From NCBI GenBank assembly GCA_976226885.1, contig OZ320314.1, forward strand, positions 100,316,001-100,380,000: a stretch of DNA of 64,000 nt. Reading direction: 5' to 3'. Position 1 is the first letter of the stretch; every line of letters starts with the position of its first letter. The DNA comes from Iphione sp. A-MEVVRFRX5 (lineage: Eukaryota). The position numbers and the translations under genes are program-made. This document shows, in pieces, positions 38,533 through 52,200 of the stretch. Below the pieces are notes generated by a model. The model had not been told where the DNA came from, searched no databases, and saw nothing but the letters and a program-made list of their open reading frames with translations.

Positions 38533-40375
38533 CTGGATCAAATGATACAGCAGAGAACATAACGACTTGTGATGAATTGACAATAATTAAGGCTATATAG
38601 ATTTCCGCTGACTTTTTACAGCGCAGTTCAGGGAAACTTAACAAAACCGTCCGTTTAGTACCCATGTTCGAACGTCTAAAAATGATATCGTGGTGTCGAC
38701 ATAAATTGGTCATTCTTGCACCGTAAAACGAATGCATTGGTGATATATAGTGACATGGCGTTCCAATGTAAATATCGATGTGCATCATGCTGTTTGTATA
38801 AATGTACTTTTTATGTTTGCCTGTATGAATCAAGCGACGGTTCAGACTTTATAATTATTACAATGTTCGTTCTCATGGATCTCTCAGTATACCTGGCGTG
38901 TGCCGTTAATGGTGTTTTGCTGGCAGAGCTGACCTGTCGCGTACTAAAAATACATATTTTCATGAGTAATTTATCAGTTCGAGGCGGGCATGTCCCTGCC
39001 GACTTAGACACCCATCCGCCTGTCTGTATCCTGTACCTCCAGGCATGTCCTGCGTTGTTATCAATTTGATCCACACTATGAGGTATACTATGAGGTGATA
39101 ACCCCCTGCACAATCAACCACAAACACCAGCATCTCTAGATAGCATGGAACGTCTCTGCTGTGCTACATCAATCTATGAATTGTTTGGTTTACACTTCCC
39201 GTAATTGGTACTGCATGACGTACCAACAAATTTGTGGTCTCATCCCCCGTTATTTCTTATCGCTATGAATACGAACATAGATCCTTGAGCGGATGCTTAT
39301 GTAATAGGACCGTATTGTTCACCCGCATTATTTCGTTATGTTTGGATTTGGAAAATCCGGGAAATGATACATTTTTCAATCAACGTGTCATTTATCATTT
39401 TATCTATAAGTCCATGGTACCTAAGAATATTTACGAATTGGAAATTGGCTTTTTTGGCATTCCAAACTAAACTGAAATGACGAGAAACATTCAGAGATGC
39501 TTAGCACTGCCGATTATGCGCTGGACGGAAATCAGCGTAGCGGTCTCTGGTAATATCGTGCTCTTTCTAAATGCCTATATAAATGCATAGAAAAAACTAT
39601 CAAGTTTTATGTCCATTAGAATATTTGTAGCTGTAGAGGCATCTATCGAAATATGATTTTGCTCAGTGGTTTATGAATTGTGTATTTATTCACTGGAGTA
39701 AATCGGAGGAAAGTACACAGGTAACGTAGATATAAACCAGCTAAATTGAGTGCCTAGGGCAAATGAGTGGAAACATCGCTGTGTGATGGCTTATTATACA
39801 CAGGTTGTACTGCAATAAAGAGATGAATGAATGTCATACTTTATAAATGCACTTTGGTTCACAGTATCCTTTATACCAGTTTCGCTCATTCCTTCATCTT
39901 TGCCCATTCCTTGATACCGGATGTTTAGAGATGACACATTATCAATATATACCTTGTAGATGTCGCCTTGTAAACCGTGATGTTTATTTACGGGGCTTGC
40001 TGACCTCACATTCTTTAGTGATTTGGTAAACTATTCTGTATCGTGTGTGTGTGTGTTAATTGGGAATATAATTTTAGTGAACTTATGACCCAGCTCTCGG
40101 TAGACGGTCTGACTGTAAGAGGAAGTGTCGTCTTTGGCCTTTGAAGGCATATTTCATATGGAAAGGTGGTGCTACCTTGACAGCCCTAGCTAATTCTAAA
40201 TCTGACAAATTTGTCGCCGTGAAGTCTGGCTTTTCCCCTGCGACACACCTATGTACTTATCTTGTCGTCATTGATCGTTTCTATTTAAACGCTAGTCTAC
40301 GCATTGCTTGCCACACACAGTTGGTGCCGAGCATCAGCATGCAGTAGCAGCCGCGACCGCAAGAGTGAGGCTACT

Positions 40376-40378
<3 letters not shown>

Positions 40379-40406
<28 letters not shown>

Positions 40407-40417
40407 AGCAGCAGCAG
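40379..40417. repeat. (CAG)8-CAA-GAG-(CAG)3 trinucleotide repeat, intronic
   Basis: Direct reading; lies 27 nt into the intron after the donor at 40444. Confidence 0.95.
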
Positions 40418-40444
40418 GTGTTCGGCCCACTTTGATGTTTGTAC

Positions 40445-40573
40445 CTTTGATCTCGTCACTGGCAAGTCTGCCACACGTCTCGCAGCATTCCACCTCGTGT
40501 GTGTAGCAGGAGACAGCCTCGTAACGCTGGCCGATGCTCGAACACCACGCCAGCTTGTCGCCGTAAAGACATT
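40445..40573 (-). CDS. 129-bp phase 1-1 exon, six-Cys PLAC-like module 2 (not in ORF track)
   Basis: Acceptor ttttaccttctccttcgcag|AA, donor AAAG|GTACAA; ECLYGDKLAWCSSIGQRYEAVSCYTHEVECCETCGRLASDEIK. Confidence 0.9.
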
Positions 40574-41230
40574 CTGCGAAGGAGAAGGTAAAAGGTCGAG
40601 ATCCAGCTCAAAATTGGCCTAAAGGTTAGATGCTCACCGAAGAAATTGGTAGAAACGGGAGGACGAAAATCATCGTTCTCGTTTCGTGGTGGTTAAGATG
40701 AATGAGAAAGGGGTGGATGATCATTTTGAAAGAGACTTGATCTTTGAATATGAAGGAAAGTGAAACACGTAACATTTTCCACCATATTGCATTTGAAAAC
40801 GATACAAGCATGTATATTTAAGATAACACAGGCGGTCAACCTAAAAAGATAATATTTTCATTGCTCTCATGTGTCCCATGTTTATGGATGTTAATGACTT
40901 GCTGCAACTCTGGAATATATTTGACATTATCTTTGCTGTCATTTGTATTTCATACCGGGAACTTTATCGAATAAGTTTTCCCTACTTCAACCCCATTTTT
41001 AAAAGTGAGCCTGCGATATACAAAAAAGCTTTTAGCGGACTCATCCTGGGAATAATGCCATATTTGAAATTACACAACACTAAATAGGTTTTCATGTTAT
41101 GGGAAAGGCACATGCTGTACCACCCTAACCACCGTACAAACGGATATATGGAAGCCCAAACAAAGCAAAAAGGGTCATTGCTGGGTTTTAGAAACGAGAC
41201 ATTAAATGGGAATTATCCAGGGAAACTTAC

Positions 41231-41359
41231 CCGGCGTGTGTGGATTTTCGAATTTCCGACAGGTGGCGCAGCATCTCTCTTGGGTACTCTTCCGGTAGCA
41301 GCGGAAGCGAGGTCGCTTGTCGCCGATCTGTCGACAGTGGCGCGAGTGGTCCTTGCACA
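41231..41359 (-). CDS. 129-bp phase 1-1 exon, PLAC domain module 1 (most 5' exon identified)
   Basis: Acceptor ttgctctttaccggtcttag|TG, donor CCGG|GTAAGT; CKDHSRHCRQIGDKRPRFRCYRKSTQERCCATCRKFENPHTP fits PLAC spacing C-x-D-x4-C...C-x8-CC-x2-C. Confidence 0.9.
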
Positions 41360-44300
41360 CTAAGACCGGTAAAGAGCAAAAAAGGGAGGGTATTCAATGA
41401 TGAGCATGGCAGGGAGGTCGCAGGGGATTGATTGACACGCAAGCTGACTTTGAGGACGGTTCCGCGCAGGTCAGATGTTTAAGGTAGAACCATGGACAAA
41501 GAACAGTGTGTTTAGGTGCACGAAGCCCCTTCATAATACGTAGGGACTAGTACTACGGTTTTCTTTTGATGCTACCTCTACTGAGAGAAGGAGAATCCAA
41601 TCTTATCTCGCCCAATAGCTGAAAGGACAATTACAACGTGCCACTCGCAACTATAGTTGGACGGTGAAGGAACACTGCTCAAGTACGAACATGTGTCACA
41701 ATAAAAGACAGGACTTGGCACTGCGAGTAGATGACTCCTCAGAATCTTATTCTGACACTCAGATATTGAAACTGGGAGTGAACTCCGTCAAAGGCAAATC
41801 TTAGTTGACACCAGTAGCTGCAGGAGAATATACAAGGAGAAAGACGGATCACATTTTTCCATCTCCTGTAGACTTTCACTTTTCTGAAGGAGTGGGCCGT
41901 TGTAGGTTATCAAATGACCTTATTGGCAAATATGTCAGGACTAAATGTATACAGCTAGGGCGAAGTTTCCAACATATACAAGTTTTTAAAGTCAAATACG
42001 ACATCAAGCAGAGTAATTCATATAGCAGTTTGGTTTGAATAATGTAAAATAACGTTTAGGGAGTGTAAAATGGTAAATTCCCATAATGCCTATTTCAAGC
42101 ATTTGGAATTTCTTTCAAAAAGGTTTAAAACTATTCTCACATGTTTCTAAATACCGCATATCTAACCCACTGAGCTCTTTAACCTACAGAATTATGCTAA
42201 AAATTATTTTATTTAATATTCAATGTAACCAAGCTACAATGTTTTTGCATACATAATTACTAACGAGAACAACGTTTAATTTTGCTTTCTAACATTGCTT
42301 GAATGTTATGCAGTAGTATTTTATCAGTGTTGCCTGAATGTTATATCATTATGCTAACTGAATGTTATAATTCATCGTTCATAGAATATTATCGGAATGG
42401 TTTTTGAATCTGGCAAGGCATCGTTGGAATGTTATGTTATAATGTTACCTGACCATTATGAATTTAAATATTTACATTTAGTACACATTTCTTTCAAGCA
42501 TCCAGATCGAAGCAATCTATCATTTTTTTAAGGATTGTGTGTTAGATAAAAGGGGACACCTATTTATACTTATCCATATACATATGTACAGCATATACAG
42601 TATCCTTACATTACATTTGGTACAATTCGAGGGTTATTGGTGACTTTGGAAAGTCACTGTCTGGTGGGTAATTTCCTTGTTTTTCAGGCAACATAAAAAC
42701 GAGTTTGGCCTGGAGACTGTCAGAAAGTTCAGGAACGTGCTGACATGTCCGACATGTTGCTGTATACATACATTCTCCAAGACGTTTTTCTTTCTCGGAG
42801 GCGGGAGGTGTGGCACGAAATGGAGGCAAGCAACCTAAGACGGTAGGCTAGGACGGACAGCAGGTGGCATTACAACGTCAACAGGACGAGCCAAAGTCAA
42901 CACTCAGCTCGCTGGGTGTGGGCCTCAGCACCCACCGCCCCTAATATCCTGTGCGTGGACGCTGCTTGCCGGTTAAATGGATTGCTGGTTTCGCACGCGT
43001 GACGGATAAGTGTTGGTTTCAAGATATGTGTCAGGGATTGCAGTGATGGCAAAGTCTCCCCTCCATCGCAGTTTATCGGATTTTCGCCGATCCCATCGTA
43101 AAAGTTTTCCGCCTACACGAGGAGCCCCACTCCGGGGGCAAGATACCAAAAAGTGTCATATTGAGGTGAGAGGCGTGATGTCATGAATGCCTTGACATTT
43201 TATGTAGGATTCCCTCTCCCGTTATCTTTTTTACCCTCAGTTTTTTTTATCAGTTCTGCAGATCGCTAGGATTGAGTGAGTGGGACGGGATTGTCTACAA
43301 CATGCACGAGGCCTACCTCTTTCTGTTGGCAAACCCTTTAGAAAAATGGTGTAGAGTTGTTTAGGAACAAACTAACCCAATTAACGCTTTCGTGGCCTCC
43401 TGCTGCACAATTTAGACCCCTGGATCTTTGTCAGCATCTGGTTTCTAAATAACGGGACAAGATTAGTTAGAATATAACATGCCAAAATAAGAATATTAAC
43501 GAGGCCGACACTTCGATTTCATTCATTAGTTCTATTATTCATTATGTTCGCTGTCGGAAGAAGAAACGATGTTAGCTGTATAGCTAATGCTACTGTAAAT
43601 ACCTCCTTTTCAGCAAGGCTAAAGTAACTATTTATGCTCTCATGATTTAATTAATGGGCACGTTCTTATGGAATCTGCGGCGATATCTTGAGAGCAGGCG
43701 AACTGCATATAAGCTACCCACATTGACTGCCTGGGAATATGATAGAGTATTCATAGAGACCTTTGTCAAGCCTTGAATACATTGGTTGAACCTAGAAAAC
43801 TATCGAGGGAAAAATCGCAACGGTCTGGAAAGCGGGTTTTCCAGTTATTAATTCGGTAAAGGGAAAGAAAATGTTAGCGATGAATTAGCTCATTATGTTC
43901 GACCCAAAAATCGATAGGAGCAGTTTCTACAATTTATCAATGTGCTCGACCCTTTAGAAATGTTGCGGAGGAAATTAAGCATGATGTAGATATAATGCAA
44001 CGACTCTCCTACCCAGTAGCTATAGGTACCATACGTTTAGACGTTCGTGTGACAATAACGCCTTTTCTCGATCGATTCCATCCAGCTCTGAAGACCCTAA
44101 GAGGCTCCATTGCCTCCTTTGCCAGCAGGCGAAGCGTATAGGCTAGGACAGACGAGAAGTGGGTCTTGGGAAGTTAGCATGTTGTTGGATGTCCGCCCTA
44201 GAGGCATTTATTGTTACAGCTAGCCAACAGGTCGACGGGCACCATCCATTTTCGTGGCAGGCACCCAGGGAGGCAAGGAAGACCAGAGTCACCTAATGCT

Positions 44301-45989
44301 TTACTCCTAAATAGTGAGGAACCATGGAGACTTTGCTACGTACTATACTTTACTCCTCTGTCGTAGGCTTAAAGAAGGCACAAAAGAGGACTTCATGGGT
44401 ACTATACTTTACTCTTCTATCCTAAGTCGAGGAAGGCATAGAGGAGATTTTCATCGGTATCAGGCGAGTCCTCTTTACTCGCAGCAACTGCATCCTGCTT
44501 GTGTGTACCCAGAGCCAATCAAGTGAATAGCATCCTTCCCCTGCGGTATCAAAACGTATGGTCCCAACACATGGCTAATAAACCATTTAGCTATGCATCA
44601 AGTGTCAGCCACTGATAATGTGCAAAACCTTGAATTTGCAGGGTGGGAAAAGGTACTGTGGCAAGAGTATAAAGAAATTCTATGTTATATTTGGGTGTTA
44701 TCTGAGGGTATTCTTCTCATTCAAGTACATGGAACAAGCACGCTTGAAGATGGAACATATTTCAGCATGAAAATGTTTCATCCGTCTTGCTGCTTGTCGC
44801 ATATAAATGTATCTTGTTCGGGTTAATTGACTTTTAAAACATGCGTGAGCTACTTGCTCGGATGTCAGCAACAAATCAATGCCCAAGCGAAACCCTAGCA
44901 GGCTGATCGATCTGTTACCAAGGGATCCACATTTGAGAAGGCTAGGATGAGCTAATGCATCGAGCTTCAATCGATACGCAAGAGTGCTTTTTTGGGTGTT
45001 TTTTATAGCTTTAGCTGACATGTCTTCTCGTCACGTTATCTTTAAAGTGCGTTTACCAAAACCATAAAGTTGAACCATAAAAGGAGGGTATCGTTGTAGA
45101 TTATATATGGAAACAAGAGATATTTATGTTTGCAGTGTGGCAATGAAAGTATGTCAAGGCGACATTCGGCAAGGCAATGGGGTCGAGGGCGGAACCACAC
45201 CGGCGAACGGTGTGGACGGGAGGTGGTTGTGAGTGATGGGACGGTGATTGATGGGTCCTAGCTGGTGTGGTATGGCTTTGATCCGTCCATCAAGCTGACG
45301 ATCGTGGTTTTAGAGGCTCTTTGTCCCTCGCAGCCCGTGCACCACCCCGGCCGCCGACAGCCTACCACCAGACCTCGGGTAAGGGCAGTGTAGCCGCGCG
45401 GCGTGGGGCCTTAGCGGCGAAATGGCGAGGCTCAGGCCTACGGGTGCCACTGGTCACCCTGCACGGTTCTACTTGTAGATCTCCCTTTGTGAGAGAACGG
45501 CCCACTGTTCGGTCAGGGTACCTAGCAACTGTATTCATAATGCATCAGTCGCCTCACCTATAACTCAAATACTTCAAACTCCTATCAAGTTGAATGTTGA
45601 TAAGGGGGTTCCCTCGGGGTCATACAAAATACAGACGAGAAGAAGAAATGGAACGAGATGTTACTTTCAATAATACATACTACAATACGACACGGGGCAA
45701 TGGCAAGTAGTCCCCTCTTCTCACATAAAAAGAGTAGTACATAGAGGGGGTGGGGGTCGTAGCTGTGTACCGATCATCTTATTTCACTATAATACATTTT
45801 ATCGATCTCCTACTATCGTGTGAACAGTTCGTTCAAAGCCCAACTGCATGAGTGTGTGTTTTTTGTTCAGAGTGGACACGCCTCAAGTGGATTCCATTGA
45901 TTCCTTCCTTGTCCGTTTGCCGCCTTGTCTCTCTCGGGGAATAGTCCCCCCAAAGACCCCTTAGTACCCCTCTCCCATTCCCCTTCCAG

Positions 45990-46240
45990 TGAGGCCAATC
46001 AGTTCTGGCCGACAGCCCCGCCTTCTTCTTTAGCTTCTGCTTGTCGCAGAGTGCGGGGCTGGCTATCTTGTTAGTAACGCCCTCCTGAGTTGCGATCGGC
46101 AGTCGGTAAAAGGGGCCGCGTACGCGTGGGATTCGTTGCTTCCGGCGATCATCGGCCAGCGTTAAATTAGCAGCATGGCGTCGCCGTCGGCTTTTGTGCA
46201 CGGGTACCCATCGCATGAGTGACAATCAATGCCACCGTAA
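45990..46240 (+). promoter_or_regulatory. Promoter-like CpG-rich segment with CCAAT and GC boxes, possible first exon
   Basis: GGCCAATCAG (CCAAT 45995-45999), CCCCGCC (46016-46022), high CpG density, donor-like CACC|GTAAGT at 46237. Confidence 0.3.
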
Positions 46241-49200
46241 GTCACTTGTCTCGCTTTTGGCGGCCTCGTGGACGGACAGTTGGAGGAGAGGAAAAAGAAC
46301 CAAGGCGGATGTAGGGCAGAAAATGGCGGGCCGATTGAACCCCAACCCACACCCTGCCTGTCTGTGACTGCAGGTGGCATACTACTGCAAGTAGCATACT
46401 TTCTTCGTGGGACGTATAAATGAGCGGGAATGGTCATTGAAAAAAGTACACTCCCATTTAGATAGGGTACATTTTACAAGGATACACTAAGTCGTGTGCA
46501 AAAGTGAAATCTATAGTAATAATGTCGATGGGAAGAATGTAATCTTATAATTATACAGCTTCGTTTATATGGTATATCGCGTCTTCTAGTTTTTGCCTAT
46601 GTCAGTTGCGCGATGCCCATATAACCATCGAACTAAAGGTAGAGATACTTTTTAAACAGAAGATGTAGCATATATATGCCTAGGCTGATAAGGTCGGGTG
46701 GAAGTGGATATGGCTTATAAAGGGGTTGTGCGACGAGGCCGTACTCCTTGCCGCAGAGAAGCATCGAGAAAGAAAAGGAAAAGCTTATCACCTGGTGCCC
46801 GTGAGAATAATAGGCACTTTATTGATCAATGAGGGGATTTTCTGCCGGGAAGGGAATCCTTTTACGAATAGACTGGCGTCTAGTCAGACACTGAAATAGC
46901 TAAGGGCATTACTTATATTCGAGTCCAAGGTCCATAACGCTATCTTTTAGAAACGTGATATTCTTATTCATTCACAGCTCAGGTACATAAGCGCAGTTTT
47001 GTTTCTATATATAAATGATCGTAAAAAGAAAACGGCAGGCGTCCTTTGTGCAACGTAAGAGGGGAAGAAATCAGGAGTTGCAGTACAAATCTATGTGCTC
47101 GGTAACAGTCCACAACAAAAGCCGGTACGACTATGAGATTTTTTTACCGTTGCCCGCCGCCAGGGAATCGTTCACTACAAACCTTCGGGTATAAACCTTC
47201 CTCCCTGTGGCAGCCTGTGTTAAGACAAACGCAAACAAGGGGTCGATAAGGAATCGCTTCACTTCGACCTGTCTAAGATCAGCGGCTGCGGCCTCAGTGG
47301 TTGGATCAGACAGCAATAAGATTTGGGTGACCTGTGTCCCCTAAGATATTCCATAGGGACGTTAAGGTTGCCAGTTGTAACTGAGGCCCACCTGAGCCAA
47401 TCAGGCTTAGGTTTAGTTGAAGCATGGTATCCTGTTCTTTGAATACGGTAATGGCACAACATTATATGAAGGCTTCTACGAAGGAAAAATCGCTATACTG
47501 ACTTCTGCCGTTGCCAAAAGGAGGGAGTATCCTTGGCTAAGGTGAAAAAGGTCACTCAGCTAGTCGGGGATGACTGAGGCTGAACGACTCAGTAATCGTG
47601 GTGAATGTTGTTCGTTAGGAACACATTGAAACCTTATAATTTGTCATTGATCCATTTCAAATATCCGCCAATCCAGTTGGCCAGCAAAGACGTGGCGGAA
47701 ATTTGCTGCGACACATCTGGGTTTCGTATTCTGGATTTATTTCTGGAACTAGCTACATAGTATCAGGTGGCTGAATTACCAGGGACCCTTACTCATCTAT
47801 ACAATGTATCAAGGAAAATCTAGCGCCCAAGGTCCACCTTGAGCCCATCTGAGGTACACCAAGTACACTCTTCACCTAAGCTTCGGTCACGGCACCTCCA
47901 CCACTTTGTGCCCAGGGTTCACAGAGTAGAGGCTGCCTGACTAGATGGGCATGGGAGATATGACCAGCTTTACAGTACTCTGTACTTGGGTGAATATGGG
48001 TCCCTGATATGAGTGAGGTGTGCAATCGGACAAAACACGTGGAAGTATGCGTACTTAAATAACAAAGCAACTTAATAGCACTGGGATTGTGGATTAAATT
48101 TATGTGTAATTGAGGAATAATGTGCTTTTTTCTACACTTCCTCGGTAAGACATACATAGAATTTTCTACCACTTTTGTAAACATCTTTAAAAAAAACTTT
48201 TTCTGTCTTCTCAGCAAGTCATGAAGTAAGTTTAGCCAGGAAGGCGAGTGGGCAGAACCTTCCACGACAACAATTTCCTAATACGAAAGAGCGGAATCCG
48301 CCCACGTCGGAAAATGCACTTAATCACTTTTGTCGATGGAACAACCCACATGTCTGTCTGTGCACTTATCGTCCCTTCGATGAATAGCTTTTTCGTTTTG
48401 TTGGGCATGAAATGTTTTCCAATCTGCGCCCATCATTCTTGATTTACCCTAGCGCCGCCCATTCCTCCTCTCTCTGCTTCTTGTATCGTCACGGTAATAC
48501 TACGGCGGCGTTTGCCTGGTAATTGTGATGTTGATGAGAACAAAGGGCGCACGGTGACGTCAATCTGCTTGTAATGGCATTCGCAGCGCCTCGCAAGACA
48601 CTATTTTGATCAGACATGAAAGGTCGGGACTACGAGGTTTTGAGTGCGCCCAAGACACGAGGCGAAATAGCCACACGGCCTTTAGCCAAATGTTATCCCG
48701 GCGACAGGTAAGTCGGCGTGTTATACATGTATTGGCACACGACTAACCACTGTCACCCTGGCCTTCCCGAGCAGGAATGGTACTAAGATTGGAAGCTCGC
48801 GCTCCTTCCTCAAGGAATTATTCGACAGGCAGAGTCAGATATTAAGATGGATGGGTGGCCAGAAACGTGTCGGTTTCTTTTTCGCTGAGCTAATTCAACC
48901 AACTTCACCCAAATATGGAATCGAGTGGCTGACAACGAGGTTGTGGCATTGGGCACATAAACAGCTGCTTGATTCACATTTCAGACACCCGATTGCCCAT
49001 TGTGTCTTGCCGGCATCTACCCTCCCAGCCTCCCCGAACCCACCCATCTCCCGACAACTTCCTTGTATTAATTCCGGGTATCCAGAGAGGCAGTGAGACA
49101 GCTTGCTTCATCGGAGATGGGGCCTTTTGGATGTCGCCAAGAGACATGCTATACAGCCTCCTATGAATAATGCATGATCGGAATTTGCATTTCAAAAGGC

Positions 49201-52200
49201 AGATACTCACGGCTGCGGATGTGACGAATGGAAGAGTGGGTACTTGGGGGGCGAGGGAAAGTGATCAAATTTCAGTTTCTCTATTAATCACTAGTTAAGG
49301 ACTGGTAAAATTCCTAACGCGTGTACTTCATATTTTCAGTATTACAGACGCTCATATTTTATTACTGTAGCCTAAGAAAGATAATGTGGAAATTAAAGCA
49401 ACTCTAATCGACCATGATATATTTCCTGAACTTTTTTCAATGCGAGTCGTGAAAAATGCAATCGACATATTTTCGTAACCTTTCCTTCCTCGATAAAATC
49501 CCAGAGGACACTAGAGAGGCCCTCAGGTGATGCCGACTCCCAAGGGAGTGATAGGTTGGCAGCCACTTTTGCTGTGGCTTCTACAATAGACCTATCAGTC
49601 AGTTCAAATGTGGCCTGGGGACAGAGCGTCTGGGGGACACATGCTCCAGAGGCCAAACAGGTGCAAGAGACCTTCATAGCTCCTCCTCCCCTGCCTCTCC
49701 CAACCAACCCATCCATCCATCGCTACCAATCGTTATTTTTGCCTTTGCGAAACAGAAGGCGGCGAGGTGGGAAAGACGGTGCGAAAGAAGGGGAGGGGGT
49801 GAAGGACAAATGCTTGCATCAAAGAGCCAGCATCAAAGTTCAACAGACAGACGAGAGGAGTCGTTGAACATCAATGGTAACCGCAGCGACAGATGAAAAT
49901 AAACGTCTGCCTCTGCAATGTGCAATTTTACACCTGTGTGACACTGCAGCATAGTGACTAGTGCCTCTTCATTGCGAAAAGCGCACCTGTCTGCCAGCAA
50001 GAGTAACCTTAGTGACACATCGCTTAACGAGTTGAGGGCATTCTCCGAGTCACGCTAGGAATATACTTTGATAAAGGAATCGCATGTCCATGCGACATTC
50101 CGGAAGTGTGCTATCGCTCATAGATTTTCCGCTTTTCCTCTCTGTGTCGCCAGGAAAAATTGGCATCGTCGGCTGTGGAGAGAAGGGAGACAAATCCGGC
50201 CTGGAAAAGCAAAAGAGAAATTTGTCCTAGTGAGAGTTCAAAGCACCAGGATGACAAAAGGGCGAAGGAAATGGGGTATGACTAGTCTCACAGCGAGACG
50301 AGAATCAACGTGATTTGGCACGATTCCGGCCATTTAGGTCCCGACTCGGACGCTGCCAGCCACAGTTGGGATGTCACGTGACAGCTACGTCAGGTTCCTG
50401 CTAATACCCGGATGTCGGACACGGCAGCGCCCCTGGTGGGTGTCCCCCAAGCACTAACCGGGCAGCGTTCGCTACAAATGGATGCCGCCCTGAGGGCGCT
50501 GGGGTCAGGCTACTTGTCGGGTGCGTCTCCGGAAGCCTGTACACTGTGTCTTTATGGGGAATGGGTACCAGAGAAGCACGCAAATCCAAAGTGATTTCCC
50601 TCTCGACCAACTTCAGTCTCACCCCGACGACCAGCCTCGTCCGACATAGACATACATGTTGTATGCTATGAATCCCCAGCTCCCTAACCCCGTCCATATT
50701 TCCCTACACACCTAGCACCCATAGATCTGGGAGGCTATGGCTGGCCTCGAAAATGGGCGGCCACTGGCTCTGATGAACATTATTATGGCTTCGGAAGTGC
50801 GAAAGGATGCGCCCTATGCGGATTGACAATTCTTAGAGATTCCACGGCGCCGGTTCCATTTCATTTCTCCTGCTATCTATCTACCCAACGGTAACGGACC
50901 TTAGATAGCGGACCCTCTAATATACTGATCTTGGAACCATGAAAGGGAAAATGAAGATCTATCATGATCGATCTTAAAAGGCAAAATCCAAATAGAACTT
51001 TACACGTGATATGGGAGACCCTCAGTGCTATAAACGGGATTGTATGCTGTCGTATGATGAAGCTTGCGGAGGGTGTGCTGTCCAAGACAGTGGATCATTA
51101 GCCCAAAGACACTCTGATTGTGTGCTGATTAGCATGGGCCTATCTGTAGCAGGGCCATAGACACGGTGTCTTAACTTCGACATACATATACATATTGTAA
51201 CAAGTTACATTCTCAGGCCATATGGAGAATGAAAGGCTTGATCTCTGCAGCTTTCAGTACATCATCATGAAAGCTCCCCCCTCCTCCTCCTTGCTAGTGC
51301 CACACTTGTGCCAAACGAAATTAAATTTCCAGAAAGCGCCTATTAGATTCGCTCAACGAAGCAGATTAGATCGGCGAGTCTTTCTTTCTGGTGGCGTTAC
51401 GTCTTTTCATGTGTTAATGAGCAGGCAGGTGTCGGTAGTCCCGCACTGAATCACGTTCTAATCGGATTAAATCGTCGCCCGCCAACACCCCGCACAAACG
51501 GCGGAGACAAAAGATACAGCGAGGGCTATAGAGTCAGGGAGTTGGGTGGAGGTGATTGCGAGGCGGGGGGGGGGACTTACTGTGATTTCGCAGCTATTGC
51601 TAAACGTGCTGTAAAACGCGCAGCTGTAGTCTAGTGTTTCTGCTAACATAGTACTCCCAGGGTTTTACACGATGTAGGGAGCCGTAATGAAAATGCCTCA
51701 CCAGAGTTTAATATGAATATATAAAACCATGGATAGCGAGAGCTTAGATAGAAATGGGCTACAAAGGATAGAGGCTTTGTGGTCAAGAAAAAGGACAGAG
51801 CTCTAAATGGACAGATACCACCATGTAGTGAGACTCATCAGTATATAACTGAGTAAGCTATACGTTTTGTTGGGTAAGAGATACTTCACAGAGGAGAACG
51901 ATAAAAATATTGCATAGGACACGCCACTGGAATAAAGATTAACTGATTTTTTTACGTTCGATAGTCACTATTATTTCTAACATTTTGTTTTAAACATTCT
52001 GATCGTAAGAGACCTTTTTTGCATAATGACTGAGTCCATTATTGATACAATATATTCAATTCTACTTGCATACAACTTTTATAAATTGAGATGCTGTTCA
52101 TTCTCAAATTAATCCGGTCACTACTGTTTCACAACAGCACACGATTCATGAGTACTGGGACAAATTGTCTCAAAGTGGCAGAATACACTATTGGTTTGCT

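Noticed and set aside
49549-49597. Hairpin TGATAGGT...ACCTATCA as pre-miRNA
   Set aside because: Arms are unbalanced with a large internal loop; too short and no similarity to a known mature miRNA.
49816-49838. Tandem TCF/LEF sites GCATCAAAG x2 as a Wnt-responsive enhancer
   Set aside because: The 7-mer is expected several times per window by chance; no overall enrichment can be shown without computation.
50150-50230. KIGIVGCG Rossmann-fold-like start after a strong acceptor
   Set aside because: Lacks the third Gly of GxGxxG, stops after about 25 codons, and no further dehydrogenase exons were found.
50770-50812. Hammerhead ribozyme core (CTGATGA...GAAA)
   Set aside because: Stem II closing pair and stems I/III cannot be formed.
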